From the NCBI GenBank assembly GCA_903844895.1, contig CAIMVM010000247.1:32-64031 (forward strand): DNA of 64,000 nucleotides, written 5' to 3'. Below, in pieces: positions 41,148 through 50,622 of this stretch (position 1 is the stretch's first letter; every line of letters starts with the position of its first letter). The position numbers were made by a program, and so were the translations under genes. This stretch comes from an uncultured Pseudomonadota bacterium. GTDB taxonomy: Bacteria; Bdellovibrionota_B; Oligoflexia; Oligoflexales; CAIMVM01. The notes under the pieces are model-generated. The model was not told the DNA's origin. It ran no database searches and saw only the letters and a list, made by a program, of their open reading frames with translations.

Positions 41148-41903
41148 ATGCATTTAGAAATACCTGAATCTCTTGAATTAGATTCCAATTTAGACTTGAA
41201 TCAAGACGAGTTTGATAAAGTTGTTCTTTCTAGGCGCAGCGTTCGCTCATATACGAGCGACGCTGTCCCTGAGTCTATCATTCAACACTGTTTAGAACTG
41301 GCTTTGTTATCTCCAAGTTCTAGCAATCTCCAGCCTTGGGAATTTCATTGGGTAAGGAACAGTGAGCTTAAGAAACAACTCGCCGAGTTTTGTTATTCCC
41401 AACCGTCAGCCAAAACAGCCAGCGACCTAATAGTTTGTGTAGCAAGGACTAAGACTTGGTCTTCCCATTTAGATCATCTGGTAAAAGTTCTTAAGTCTCA
41501 GCCGGGAGTGTCTGAATCGGCAATCAGGTATCATCAAATTGAGCTCCCCAATATGCTTGCTCAAGGAATTTTTGGACTAAAAGGGCACTTGCGATCTCTT
41601 AAATATCGGCTTAAGGGGATTAGGAAAGTGCAGGCTAGGCGCCCAGGTGGACCAAGTGATCTGCTGCTTTGGGCTGTAAAATCCACAACATTAGCTATTC
41701 AGACCTTTATCCTAGCTGTGAGGGCTCATGGCTATGATACTTGCCCAATGGAAGGGTTTGACGAAGTTCGTGTGTCACGACTCCTTAAGTTGCCTTCAGA
41801 TGCACACATTGTAATGGTAGTGTCCGTTGGAAAACGAGCCATAAACGGAGTGTACGGCAAGCGTACTCGTCTTGAAAAGGAACGCTTTATAAAGCAATAT
41901 TAG
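41148..41903 (+). CDS. nitroreductase-family oxidoreductase
   Basis: 'RRSVRSYTSDAVPESIIQHCLELALLSPSSSNLQPWEF' is a classic nitroreductase N-terminus. Confidence 0.8.
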   Translation: MHLEIPESLELDSNLDLNQDEFDKVVLSRRSVRSYTSDAVPESIIQHCLELALLSPSSSNLQPWEFHWVRNSELKKQLAEFCYSQPSAKTASDLIVCVARTKTWSSHLDHLVKVLKSQPGVSESAIRYHQIELPNMLAQGIFGLKGHLRSLKYRLKGIRKVQARRPGGPSDLLLWAVKSTTLAIQTFILAVRAHGYDTCPMEGFDEVRVSRLLKLPSDAHIVMVVSVGKRAINGVYGKRTRLEKERFIKQY

Positions 41904-42219
41904 TCTTTTCAAACATCGGCCTGCAGATCTGTTCTTAGTGGGGGATTTGAGGCCATAGCATGAAAATTTGCTTATTCCTATGATAGGAAAGGGGACCTCG
42001 CACCTAGAGGTAAAACTTATTCTAGGAAAGATATTTACCCGTTCGCCAATCTTTTGGGTCTCGGGGTGGGCTTTTGATCTCGAAGCCAAGATGATTTTCG
42101 AGTGTGACTGACAATGATAAGCAGAACATAAAGAATTAGAAGATAGCCTTTCGTTTTGATGTTGTTTAACGCCAATTATTTAGTGGAAGTTTTTGTGTTG
42201 ATTCCAGTCAGGCTCTTAT

Positions 42220-44097
42220 ACCTAAAATCTTCATAAAAAATGGCATAACCATAAGGCACCTATTTGGGAGCTTCAACTTTAGGCACTTTGGATTCTATGG
42301 CCTCTTGAATTATGCGAGCTTTCTTTGGGATTTCTAGATTCACCACGGTTCCATCTAAAAGCTTTATCTGTTTGATTTTCTTTAGGATCGCGAGTGATTC
42401 ATCTACGGAGTATTTTGAAAGTAGGTTGCTTTTATTAAGTTTAGATTCAATGAGAGCTCTTAGGATAACTGCAATGAAGGCCAAAAATAGTCTACCATTT
42501 GCCTGTGTTGAACTTGAAGTTCTCAGCCTATGCAGGCCAATTCCATTTTTTACAGTGTCAAATACATTCTCGGCTATGTCTCGGCAGCGATAGTCATCAA
42601 GTACTTCCTCGGCCTTTAGTGAGTTCTTGCTGCTAAGAATCAAGGCAACCCCAGCTGTTGAAATAGCCTGGGTTATGGCATCCGTATCTCTTGAGATTAT
42701 CCACTTATTTTCATTTCCCATAATTTTAAAATAGTGGGTTAACTTTCCGGCCTTTTCTGTAATCCACGCCTCGGCTTCTAGTCTGGTTTTGAACTCTTGA
42801 TTACTTCCAAGTTTATCCAATTCTAGAATCGTAGTTTCCATTCTTCCCGTTATACTTTCTCTTCGTTCAAGATCTAAAAAAAGATGACCAGATAGTTTCG
42901 TCAGACTCTTGTCGTGATTTGTTATTTGATATTCACAAGTAGTGTGCCGCATTCGCTTGCCGTTATATAGAAAGGAACTTTCTGTAGATTCTAATAGAGC
43001 TTTGTGGGCGAGAATCAAGTTAGTTGCTTGAGTCTGCGTTGTAGGCACGCCAATGGTGAAACCAATTTTATTTTCAATCATTTCTATCAAATTCGTTCTA
43101 CTAAAATAGCCACGGTCGAGGGAAAAGGAGAATTGTTTTAGACCTAGTGATTTTAAGATTGTACAGGTAAGTTTTAATGAAGCTACATCAGGAATACTGC
43201 CTGGAATCATTCGAAACCAGATTGGTAAATTAGAATCCTTTGCTACGACAAGGGCCATATTGACTTGAGGTAAGGACTCCCCATCTCGATTGTATCCCCA
43301 CTCAACTTCATCTATGGAGTCGGAATAGGATGATAAAGACGTGGTATCATGAATGACTGAGGTTGGCTTTCCGCAGGCCTCTATCCAGTGGGTAAAAAAA
43401 GTGCTGAGCAGTGCCGAATCGCTTCCCAAGGCATCAATCATTCGACTCAAGGTTGAAGATGACATTCCATCTTGATTCCCAATGTCACTAGCCCATTCTC
43501 CCGCCAAATAGAGAGGCATGGCTTCGCTGGCCTGGTATATGGCTGCTGACAAAATTCTTTTGCTTATGTCCCCAAAGGTTTTTTCTAGGCACGAGAGAAG
43601 TCCCGATTCCGTGGCTAGAAAGTTAAAACAATTGACTCTTCCCACTTCAAAGACATCTGATTTTTCCAAGTCACTCATAAGCTGTTTCTGCATAGATGGT
43701 GACGCCTTCCGAGTATGCTTCCTACCAGGCCCATCAGCCTTGCGATTACCGTAAGCAATGCCTTTTGCTTTCAAAAGCTCCAAGACTTCGGGATTTGGCT
43801 CTTTTGCTTTTGCGTTCAAAATGAGCTCGTTACTTTTTGTGTCAAGCGAGCCTAAATAAGTTCGAATCTGCCTAGCTCCTTTTCCCGGGATATGTCGACT
43901 TTCTGCTAAGTAGATAATGATCCGACCGTGCGAAGCAGGCTGTTTTACAATATATGCCAAGATATGCCTCCAAAAACCGCTATGGTTACTTTATATTTTG
44001 CATTATATTATAACCATAAAAATGAAAAAACAATAGCAAATTCTGCTATTTTTGGCTGGTTATTATAATTATCTAGGGATTTTTGAAGACTTTAGGT
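42220..44097 (-). mobile_element. IS1634-family (IS4-like) insertion sequence, about 1.88 kb
   Basis: Single transposase ORF flanked by imperfect terminal inverted repeats. ACCTAAAATCTTCATAAAAA (42220-42239) compares with the reverse complement of 44078-44097 (ACCTAAAGTCTTCAAAAATC), with 13 of the first 15 and 16 of 20 positions matching. I found no clear target-site duplication. Confidence 0.7.
42260..43960 (-). CDS. IS1634/IS4-family DDE transposase
   Basis: 566 aa. N-terminus 'IIIYLAESRHIPGKGARQIRTYLGSL' is typical of IS1634. Candidate DDE residues lie in 'VIHDTTS', 'FSLDRGYFS' and the Y-x2-R-x3-E-x6-K signature 'YRCRDIAENVFDTVK'. Confidence 0.85.
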   Translation of the reverse strand: MAYIVKQPASHGRIIIYLAESRHIPGKGARQIRTYLGSLDTKSNELILNAKAKEPNPEVLELLKAKGIAYGNRKADGPGRKHTRKASPSMQKQLMSDLEKSDVFEVGRVNCFNFLATESGLLSCLEKTFGDISKRILSAAIYQASEAMPLYLAGEWASDIGNQDGMSSSTLSRMIDALGSDSALLSTFFTHWIEACGKPTSVIHDTTSLSSYSDSIDEVEWGYNRDGESLPQVNMALVVAKDSNLPIWFRMIPGSIPDVASLKLTCTILKSLGLKQFSFSLDRGYFSRTNLIEMIENKIGFTIGVPTTQTQATNLILAHKALLESTESSFLYNGKRMRHTTCEYQITNHDKSLTKLSGHLFLDLERRESITGRMETTILELDKLGSNQEFKTRLEAEAWITEKAGKLTHYFKIMGNENKWIISRDTDAITQAISTAGVALILSSKNSLKAEEVLDDYRCRDIAENVFDTVKNGIGLHRLRTSSSTQANGRLFLAFIAVILRALIESKLNKSNLLSKYSVDESLAILKKIKQIKLLDGTVVNLEIPKKARIIQEAIESKVPKVEAPK

Positions 44098-44279
44098 TTC
44101 ACCACCAGCCAAACCCGTCTGGTTCCTCGCTGGCTCGGGACGGGCTATGGCTGGAGTACTTGCCGACAATCCGATAGAAAAAAACCCTTTAACCAAAGCA
44201 ATGCTGTGTTATGGAATCATTCTTCCATGAGCTTGAGTTAAGGGTCGCGAATGCCCCTAGGATAGCTTAAATCTTTACT

Positions 44280-44798
44280 CTATTTTCTTAGCAATAGGCT
44301 AAACATTAAAAGAAATCCTAGACTGCGAAAGACATAGCCCATCATGCCAAGACGTCGATGCCAGGACCTTCCTGAGCTACTTAATTTCCCCAAGTAGAGC
44401 CGCCAACCCAAGATCAAAATCGGTATATAGAGCGTCGTAGCAACTGCAGACATCGCAATATGGGCCTGCTGAAGGGGTGACAGTGAAAAACTAAGTGCTG
44501 TTTGGATAGCATCCCTTTGAAACTCTAAAGCCAGAACCAAAGCCAAATCAAGCACAATAGCCGCATTCATATAGCGAACATGCACATCCCGATTTCGAAG
44601 ATTCATGAGTCCAATATTCATGAAGCCATAAGATAAAGTCGCCAAGCCCATATAGGGTGTCGCCCAAAATCCAGTCCCAGTGGCCAAAAGACTAACCACT
44701 GCAGCACATATTTTATGATCATAGAATCTACTAGACTGAAGCCAAAGACACATGGATGACTGTGCGACTTCCTTGGAAACTGGCTCTAGATATTTCAT
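44280..44798 (-). CDS. polytopic membrane protein, unknown function
   Basis: 172 aa with about 4-5 hydrophobic helices. No confident family (possibly DUF420-like). Confidence 0.45.
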   Translation of the reverse strand: MKYLEPVSKEVAQSSMCLWLQSSRFYDHKICAAVVSLLATGTGFWATPYMGLATLSYGFMNIGLMNLRNRDVHVRYMNAAIVLDLALVLALEFQRDAIQTALSFSLSPLQQAHIAMSAVATTLYIPILILGWRLYLGKLSSSGRSWHRRLGMMGYVFRSLGFLLMFSLLLRK

Positions 44799-44946
44799 AG
44801 AAGTGATTCCTTTTATCCAGCATTGATCAGATTCTCTCGGTTTAGAAAACTCAATACGTTAAAAACTTATATTAGGTGGCCAAGTCCCGAAAAACATACC
44901 CGATACCCCACCTCTCTTTTCATTTACAACTTCATTAAAAACTCTT

Positions 44947-45795
44947 CTATGCGGAAGCTCTTACATTTGGTTTTAGCTTATAGACACAAGCCTTTCCAAA
45001 TATTTGCATTTCAAAATCATTGGAAAGCCCCAAAAGGCTTTCCGCACCACCTAAAACAAGATAGCCTCCCGGCGTTAGAGCATCGGCAAGACGGGCAATG
45101 ACCTTACGTTTGTTTTCTAAATCCTGATAGATTAAAACATTTCGACAAAAAATAATATCAAAGCGATCCCTATGGTTCCAAGAATCTAACAGATTCAAGC
45201 GCCTAAAAGTAATCGAGCTTGAAAGCTCCGCCTTTATCTTAAACTTTGCCATTGTCGACTTTTCATCGGAAATTGGGTCGAAAAACCTTGTTAGCATTGC
45301 GGAGGAAAGTCCTCTTTGCACTTCCAGCTGCGAATAAATACCTGACTGAGCCTGCTTTAGCACCCTTTCGCTGAAGTCGGTCGCTAGTATTTCATAGGAG
45401 CGCGGATGTCCGGCATCCTTAAGCTGAGCTAAAACCATTGCCAACGAATATGGTTCTTGACCTGTGCTGGTAGCCGCACACCAAACTCTTAAGGGGTTAG
45501 CAGTATGTTTGGGAAGAAAATCGTTTCGAAAAAAATCGAATATCTCCATATCTCGAAAAAACGAAGTCTCATTATTTGTAGCAATATCTAGTATCGCTTC
45601 TTTCTCACTTGCCCGAAGCGGTCGAGATTTTAGTTCAGCCCAAAACGTTTCAAAACTATCAAATCCAAGTGCCTTAGATAGATCATGGAGGCGGTTTTCA
45701 AGGAGGTGGCTATTTACAGCATTGTATTGAATACCGATCTCTTTTTCGATGAGTTGCGCAAAAAAGTTTACAGTTTCAGACTCAATTTTAGACAT
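44947..45795 (-). CDS. cheR: chemotaxis protein methyltransferase CheR
   Basis: 'NETSFFRD', 'LRVWCAATSTGQEPYSLAM', 'FDIIFCRNVLIY', 'L.PGGYLVLG'. Confidence 0.9.
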   Translation of the reverse strand: MSKIESETVNFFAQLIEKEIGIQYNAVNSHLLENRLHDLSKALGFDSFETFWAELKSRPLRASEKEAILDIATNNETSFFRDMEIFDFFRNDFLPKHTANPLRVWCAATSTGQEPYSLAMVLAQLKDAGHPRSYEILATDFSERVLKQAQSGIYSQLEVQRGLSSAMLTRFFDPISDEKSTMAKFKIKAELSSSITFRRLNLLDSWNHRDRFDIIFCRNVLIYQDLENKRKVIARLADALTPGGYLVLGGAESLLGLSNDFEMQIFGKACVYKLKPNVRASA

Positions 45796-46078
45796 GATCT
45801 ATTCCTATTGAAAAAAAGACTCAAATTTCAAACGACAATTGCCTTAAAAAATCATGCATTCTTGCTGCTTCACCAAAAATTCACAAATTCGCCTCAAACC
45901 ATTTTTTAGTAAAACATCCTCAAATACTTTCTAGTTTGCCCCGACATTACTAGTTTTGAAACTTCTACAAGAGCTAGCAAGGACCTGATTTCGTTACTGC
46001 CTTATTTTATCACGAATGTAGGAATTAAGTCGAACATCTGAACAGCAGTCTTTCCAGCAGGCCACTAGATCTGCTGGA

Positions 46079-46942
46079 TCACTTAACGGACGTCTTCGAG
46101 TTAAAACTTTCTATGGAATCTTTTAGACGTAACCCAATATCAAGTAGATTTATATCCTTATCATCTATGGACTCAAGTGGGCACTCGTTCAAATAGTAGG
46201 ATACTATATCAAGGTACTGATACAAAAATCTGATCAATTTTGAAACACCGGAAACTTTAGATGACTTTTCCCATTTCCATACGTCATGCAAAAAGCCCTC
46301 CATTATCTGGATCATATTGTCAGATAGATCCATTAGCTTCTGAGCCTGATGCTTGTTACACATCATTCTTAAAGTCTTGAATTCTGCTAATAGGGAGCTA
46401 GAAACTTCATCTATAACACTGCGACCTGAAGTGGGACTTTCCAACTTTTTTCGCGCCAAATGAAGCTCTGGTAGCAATCGTTCTTCTATATAATAGGCTA
46501 GTGTCTCCGCCTCATTCGATGTATCTGGGGTTTTTTGAGCGAAGCTCCTTGGGCTCCGATCTATCTCTGAACTCCGAATGGAATCTCGATATTCTAAGAA
46601 ACTCCCAAGGGCTTGTGTCATTTCCCTTATGTCAAAGAAACCGAGTTTGACCAGCACTTCTCCTAGCGGAGGCTTGCCTCTATTTCTTTCCATTAAAGTT
46701 ACTTGTTTTGCCAGCTCTTCATTCCAAATACCGAGAACCTCAGCACTCACTTGATAGGTATTGCCGCTATGCACTTGATATGACAAAACTTTTAATTGTT
46801 CTTCACATGAAAGCAGGTGGTTTTCAAATATCAGTTCGGGTAAAGAAGAACGAGTGACAATTTGATAAATAAGGGCCTCCAAAACCTTTTCTTTGGGTAG
46901 AAGGCCTTTTTCAATTAAAAAATCGCCGAATAGTATCGTCAA
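46079..46942 (-). CDS. uncharacterised protein in the che operon with two T2SSE_N/MshEN-like helical motifs
   Basis: 287 aa with a TTG start. 'LFGDFLIEKGLLPKEKVLEALIYQ' and 'PLGEVLVKLGFFDIREMTQALGSF'. The C-terminal half is helical and has no recognised family. Confidence 0.55.
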   Translation of the reverse strand: MTILFGDFLIEKGLLPKEKVLEALIYQIVTRSSLPELIFENHLLSCEEQLKVLSYQVHSGNTYQVSAEVLGIWNEELAKQVTLMERNRGKPPLGEVLVKLGFFDIREMTQALGSFLEYRDSIRSSEIDRSPRSFAQKTPDTSNEAETLAYYIEERLLPELHLARKKLESPTSGRSVIDEVSSSLLAEFKTLRMMCNKHQAQKLMDLSDNMIQIMEGFLHDVWKWEKSSKVSGVSKLIRFLYQYLDIVSYYLNECPLESIDDKDINLLDIGLRLKDSIESFNSKTSVK

Positions 46943-46971
46943 CTAGATGAGCTTCCTTTTATGGCTAGAAC

Positions 46972-48066
46972 TTAACACACCATGTGTAGCAATATTCTAG
47001 AGCACTCTTCAATATTTCCTTCTTTGTCAAAGGCGCCTACAGCATGAACAGATCCGGGCATTCCCCATACCACGGAGGTTTCTTTGTCTTGAATCATAAT
47101 TCCGCCTTGCGACCGTTTAATTGCAATTGAGCCATCTTTTCCATCTTCTCCCATTCCCGTCAAAACAAATCCAGCACAAGAGCTAGCGTATTCTCTTGCA
47201 GCGGACTCAAAAAGGTAATCCACTGCTGGCCTAACGCTATTTCTCTTGGCGCTCTGGTCCAGTTTGATCACCGGCTTCGATCCTTGAGGAAGACGTTGAA
47301 TAGTCATGTGATAGTCTCCAGGGGCCATATAGACTCTGCCTGGCAAAATGGGCTCGCCTGCTTTGCCTTCTGCACTAGGTATTCCAGATACCGACTCAAT
47401 CCTCTTTGCCAGCGCCTCTGTAAAATACGGGGGCATATGCTGTGCAATAAGAATCGGAACCAAAGGCGTCTTACCGTTAAGTGCCGCAAAAAGCTTTTCT
47501 AGTGCCATGGGGCCCCCGGTAGAGGAACCAATCACTACCACTTGCGGCTTAAACGTTTCCAAGAGAATCGATTTGTAGGTTGGCGCCAAGTCAGAGCTTT
47601 TCTCACCTAGACCAGCATTCACCGGAGTTGACAAAGCTCCAATAGATTTTTCGGTGGCGCTATGATGACGATTCTTGAACTGCTGTATTTTTGGTAAAAG
47701 GTCTCTTTTAATGCCATCTAGAGCATCCTGCAGGGAAATAGCAGAAGCGGGCTTCGCAATAAAATCACTAGCACCAGCATTGAGACAAGCCATTACCTGC
47801 CCTGCGCCTTCTTTTGTAGGAGCTGCAAAAATAATGACTTTTTGAGGCATATTTCTACGGCGAAATTCCTCTAGAAACTCAAGTCCATTCATTTCTGGCA
47901 TTTCGAGATCAAGAATAATCAGATCGCAAGGCTCTCTCTCAAGCCGATCCAGAGCAATTTTTCCATTTGCTGCTGAGGAAACTACCGATATTCCCTGCTC
48001 TCCATCAAGACAATTTTTAAGTTGAGAGCGAAATACGACTGAGTCGTCAACAACCATAACTCGCAT
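46972..48066 (-). CDS. cheB: chemotaxis response regulator protein-glutamate methylesterase CheB
   Basis: REC 'MRVMVVDDSVVFR...DLIILDLEMPEMNG'. Esterase domain 'VVVIGSSTGGPMAL', 'IAQHMPPYFT', 'GMGEDG'. The start is trimmed to 'MRVMVVDD'. Confidence 0.9.
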   Translation of the reverse strand: MRVMVVDDSVVFRSQLKNCLDGEQGISVVSSAANGKIALDRLEREPCDLIILDLEMPEMNGLEFLEEFRRRNMPQKVIIFAAPTKEGAGQVMACLNAGASDFIAKPASAISLQDALDGIKRDLLPKIQQFKNRHHSATEKSIGALSTPVNAGLGEKSSDLAPTYKSILLETFKPQVVVIGSSTGGPMALEKLFAALNGKTPLVPILIAQHMPPYFTEALAKRIESVSGIPSAEGKAGEPILPGRVYMAPGDYHMTIQRLPQGSKPVIKLDQSAKRNSVRPAVDYLFESAAREYASSCAGFVLTGMGEDGKDGSIAIKRSQGGIMIQDKETSVVWGMPGSVHAVGAFDKEGNIEECSRILLHMVC

Positions 48067-48125
48067 TAAAGTATTCCAAGCTAAAGAGAAACAGGGGTCC
48101 CGACAACCGGAACCCCAAAAAAACA

Positions 48126-50096
48126 CTAGATCTGTATTTTCTTGACAAGCTCATCAAGACGAGTGGCAAGATCGCTCAGTGATTTTGCGGCACTAAGAAC
48201 TTGATTTGCACCTATAAGAGTTTCCGAAGCCGATTGAGAAACTATTTTCACATTGTCAGTAATGTTAAGAACGCCCTTTGCCGACTCTTGTACCACGCGG
48301 GAAACTTCATTTGTTGTGGCAGCTTGTTCTTCAACAGATGCTGCAATTGCACCTGCAATACCATTGAGTTTTTCAATAGTATGACCAATCGCGGCAACGG
48401 CATCCACGGCGCCGGTACTCTCCTTTTGTATGCCCGTAATCTTCGAAGTGATATCTTCAGTGGCTTTGGCTGTCTGCTTAGCTAACTCTTTAACTTCGTT
48501 TGCAACCACTGCAAATCCGCGTCCTGCATCACCGGCGCGCGCTGCTTCGATCGTTGCATTCAACGCCAATAAGTTAGTTTGCTGAGCGATAGAGCTAATC
48601 ACCTTAATCACATTTCCAATCTCTTGGCTACTTTGACCTAAAGCGGTGATCGTAAGGTTCGTGGCTTGAGCTTGCTTGAGTGTTGTCGCGCTGGTAGTAG
48701 AAGCTTCCGCAGCATTACGTGCAATTTCTTTGATAGATGCTGACATTTCTTCGGTGTTTGTCGCAACCGTTCTAACTCCCTGAGAAACTTCTTCAGAAGC
48801 AGATGCCGTTGAATTTGCAACAGAAGTAGAACGCTCTGCATTACCACTAAGCTGAGTCGCCGTTGCGTTTAATTCAGCAGATGCGGCTGCAAGTTGGCGG
48901 GATGCTTCAGTCACGTTTTGAACCAATAAGAGGCGATCAGTGACCACTTCCCAAGTAACCATTGGGCCTAAATAGTTTCTATTGTTGTCGTAAACTGCCG
49001 TTGCAAGAAGGGCTAAGGTGTTTTGTCCTAACTTAATCTTCGCTTCATGAGGCAAATTCCGGTCATCGCCAACCAACTTTCTTTGATGAGCAGGATTTTT
49101 GTGGAACACGTCAAAGCTGTGATTCAAAATCTTTTCTACAGGAATAGGTAGATCTTTTTCAATGGTTTTAAGTGTCTGCTTGCTCTTAGGATTTATATAC
49201 AAAATAGTACCGTCTTTGTCGGCCATCATGACATTGATAGGAATATTGTCCATCATGGACTGAATTCTGCCTACGGTTGCGTCTTGTGCCATCTTTTCTA
49301 AAGTCTGCTTAGTGATGTCTGTAGCATACTTAACCACTTTGTAGGGCTTGTTATTAAGGTCAAATATAGGATTGTAAGATGCCTGGATATAAATTTCTTT
49401 TCCCTGTTTTGTAAGTCTCTTATAGACCCCAGCCTGAAATTCTCCGCGCGCCAAGTCTGCCCAAAAGTTCCTATACTCTGGTGACGCCGTATAGACGGGG
49501 TCACAGAACATGGAATGATGTTTACCTTTAATGTCATCAAGTGAGTAGCTCAATGCCTTTTGAAAGTTATCATTGGCTGTAATCACTGTGCCATCAAGAT
49601 TGAATTCGATAACAGCTTGCGATTTTCTAAGTGCTGCAAGTTCACAGTCTTGAAGTTTTTGTTTGCTGATATCCACTGCTAATTTAACTACTTTAGAAAC
49701 TTTTCCAGACGCATCAAATATGGGATTATAAGAAGCGTTAATCCATACCTCTTTACCACCTTTACCGATTCTTCTGTATTCGCCGGTGTCAAATTCGCCT
49801 CTACCTAGCTTTTCCCAAAACAGTCTATAGGCATCTGAGTTGGCATAGGCTTGATCGCAAAACATGCGATGATGCTTCCCTTTAATCTCAGCGAGAGTGT
49901 ACCCAAGGGTGTTTAAAAAATTTTCATTGGCGTCTAAAATCGTTCCGTCAAGTTTAAATGAAATCACTGCCTGAACTCGATTCATGGCCGCTATGATTTC
50001 TGAATTCTCTTGACTATCGTTTTGAGACGTTAACGAAACAATTTTGTCTCTGATGATGTTGTCACTGTTAGTTAAGTCATTTGCTGAGCTACTCAT
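48126..50096 (-). CDS. soluble methyl-accepting chemotaxis protein (PAS-PAS-PAS-MA, no TM segment)
   Basis: Two near-duplicate PAS modules, a third PAS-like module, and a conserved MA hairpin 'IAQQTNLLALNATIEAARAGDAGRGFAVVANEVKELA'. I saw no hydrophobic helices. Confidence 0.9.
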   Translation of the reverse strand: MSSSANDLTNSDNIIRDKIVSLTSQNDSQENSEIIAAMNRVQAVISFKLDGTILDANENFLNTLGYTLAEIKGKHHRMFCDQAYANSDAYRLFWEKLGRGEFDTGEYRRIGKGGKEVWINASYNPIFDASGKVSKVVKLAVDISKQKLQDCELAALRKSQAVIEFNLDGTVITANDNFQKALSYSLDDIKGKHHSMFCDPVYTASPEYRNFWADLARGEFQAGVYKRLTKQGKEIYIQASYNPIFDLNNKPYKVVKYATDITKQTLEKMAQDATVGRIQSMMDNIPINVMMADKDGTILYINPKSKQTLKTIEKDLPIPVEKILNHSFDVFHKNPAHQRKLVGDDRNLPHEAKIKLGQNTLALLATAVYDNNRNYLGPMVTWEVVTDRLLLVQNVTEASRQLAAASAELNATATQLSGNAERSTSVANSTASASEEVSQGVRTVATNTEEMSASIKEIARNAAEASTTSATTLKQAQATNLTITALGQSSQEIGNVIKVISSIAQQTNLLALNATIEAARAGDAGRGFAVVANEVKELAKQTAKATEDITSKITGIQKESTGAVDAVAAIGHTIEKLNGIAGAIAASVEEQAATTNEVSRVVQESAKGVLNITDNVKIVSQSASETLIGANQVLSAAKSLSDLATRLDELVKKIQI

Positions 50097-50118
50097 GTTC
50101 GTTTCTCTCCAAAAAAGT

Positions 50119-50622
50119 TTAAAGTTTATGATTCAAAAATTTACCAATACGATCAATGTCTATTATGCTCAATAAAGAATCAGATATTTTATAGATACCT
50201 GACATAAATTGACGAACTTCAGCTGGAACGGTTTGAGGTGTTAGCTCAAAGTCCTTTTCCATGACCTCAACTACATCGCCTATCTCGTCTGCTTGCAGAG
50301 AAATAAGCGAACCATCGATTCGACAAACCACATTCATAAAAGTCTCAGGTGGTGTGTCCTTTAAACCAAACAACTCTCTAAGACCAATTGCTGTTGTCAC
50401 TTGGCCTCTTAGATTGATAAGCCCTACCACGTACTCCGGCGCGAGTGGAATAGGAGTTATATGCATTGGACGAACCACTTCCTGCACTCTTGTCACATCA
50501 ATGCCGTAAAGTCGGCCTGCCACATAAAAAGTGGAAAACTGGCATGACTCTGCCATAGCCTTGCCTCCCCCCTTGGCGCCATCTTTACTTCCATCACTGC
50601 GCGATTCAGTTGCTGCTTGCAA
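50119..50622 (-). CDS. cheW: chemotaxis coupling protein CheW
   Basis: 'FSTFYVAGRLYGIDVTRVQEVV', 'GLINLRGQV'. A TTG start at 50622 (AGGAG 7 nt upstream) overlaps the cheA 3' end by 17 nt. An ATG at 50556 (GGAGG upstream) is an equally plausible start. Confidence 0.85.
   Translation of the reverse strand: MQAATESRSDGSKDGAKGGGKAMAESCQFSTFYVAGRLYGIDVTRVQEVVRPMHITPIPLAPEYVVGLINLRGQVTTAIGLRELFGLKDTPPETFMNVVCRIDGSLISLQADEIGDVVEVMEKDFELTPQTVPAEVRQFMSGIYKISDSLLSIIDIDRIGKFLNHKL

Noticed and set aside
41796-42089. 97-aa minus-strand ORF spanning the nitroreductase 3' end and the IS flank
   Set aside because: It overlaps the nitroreductase CDS in antisense. It has no RBS and no family resemblance, so I did not accept it as the gene disrupted by the IS.
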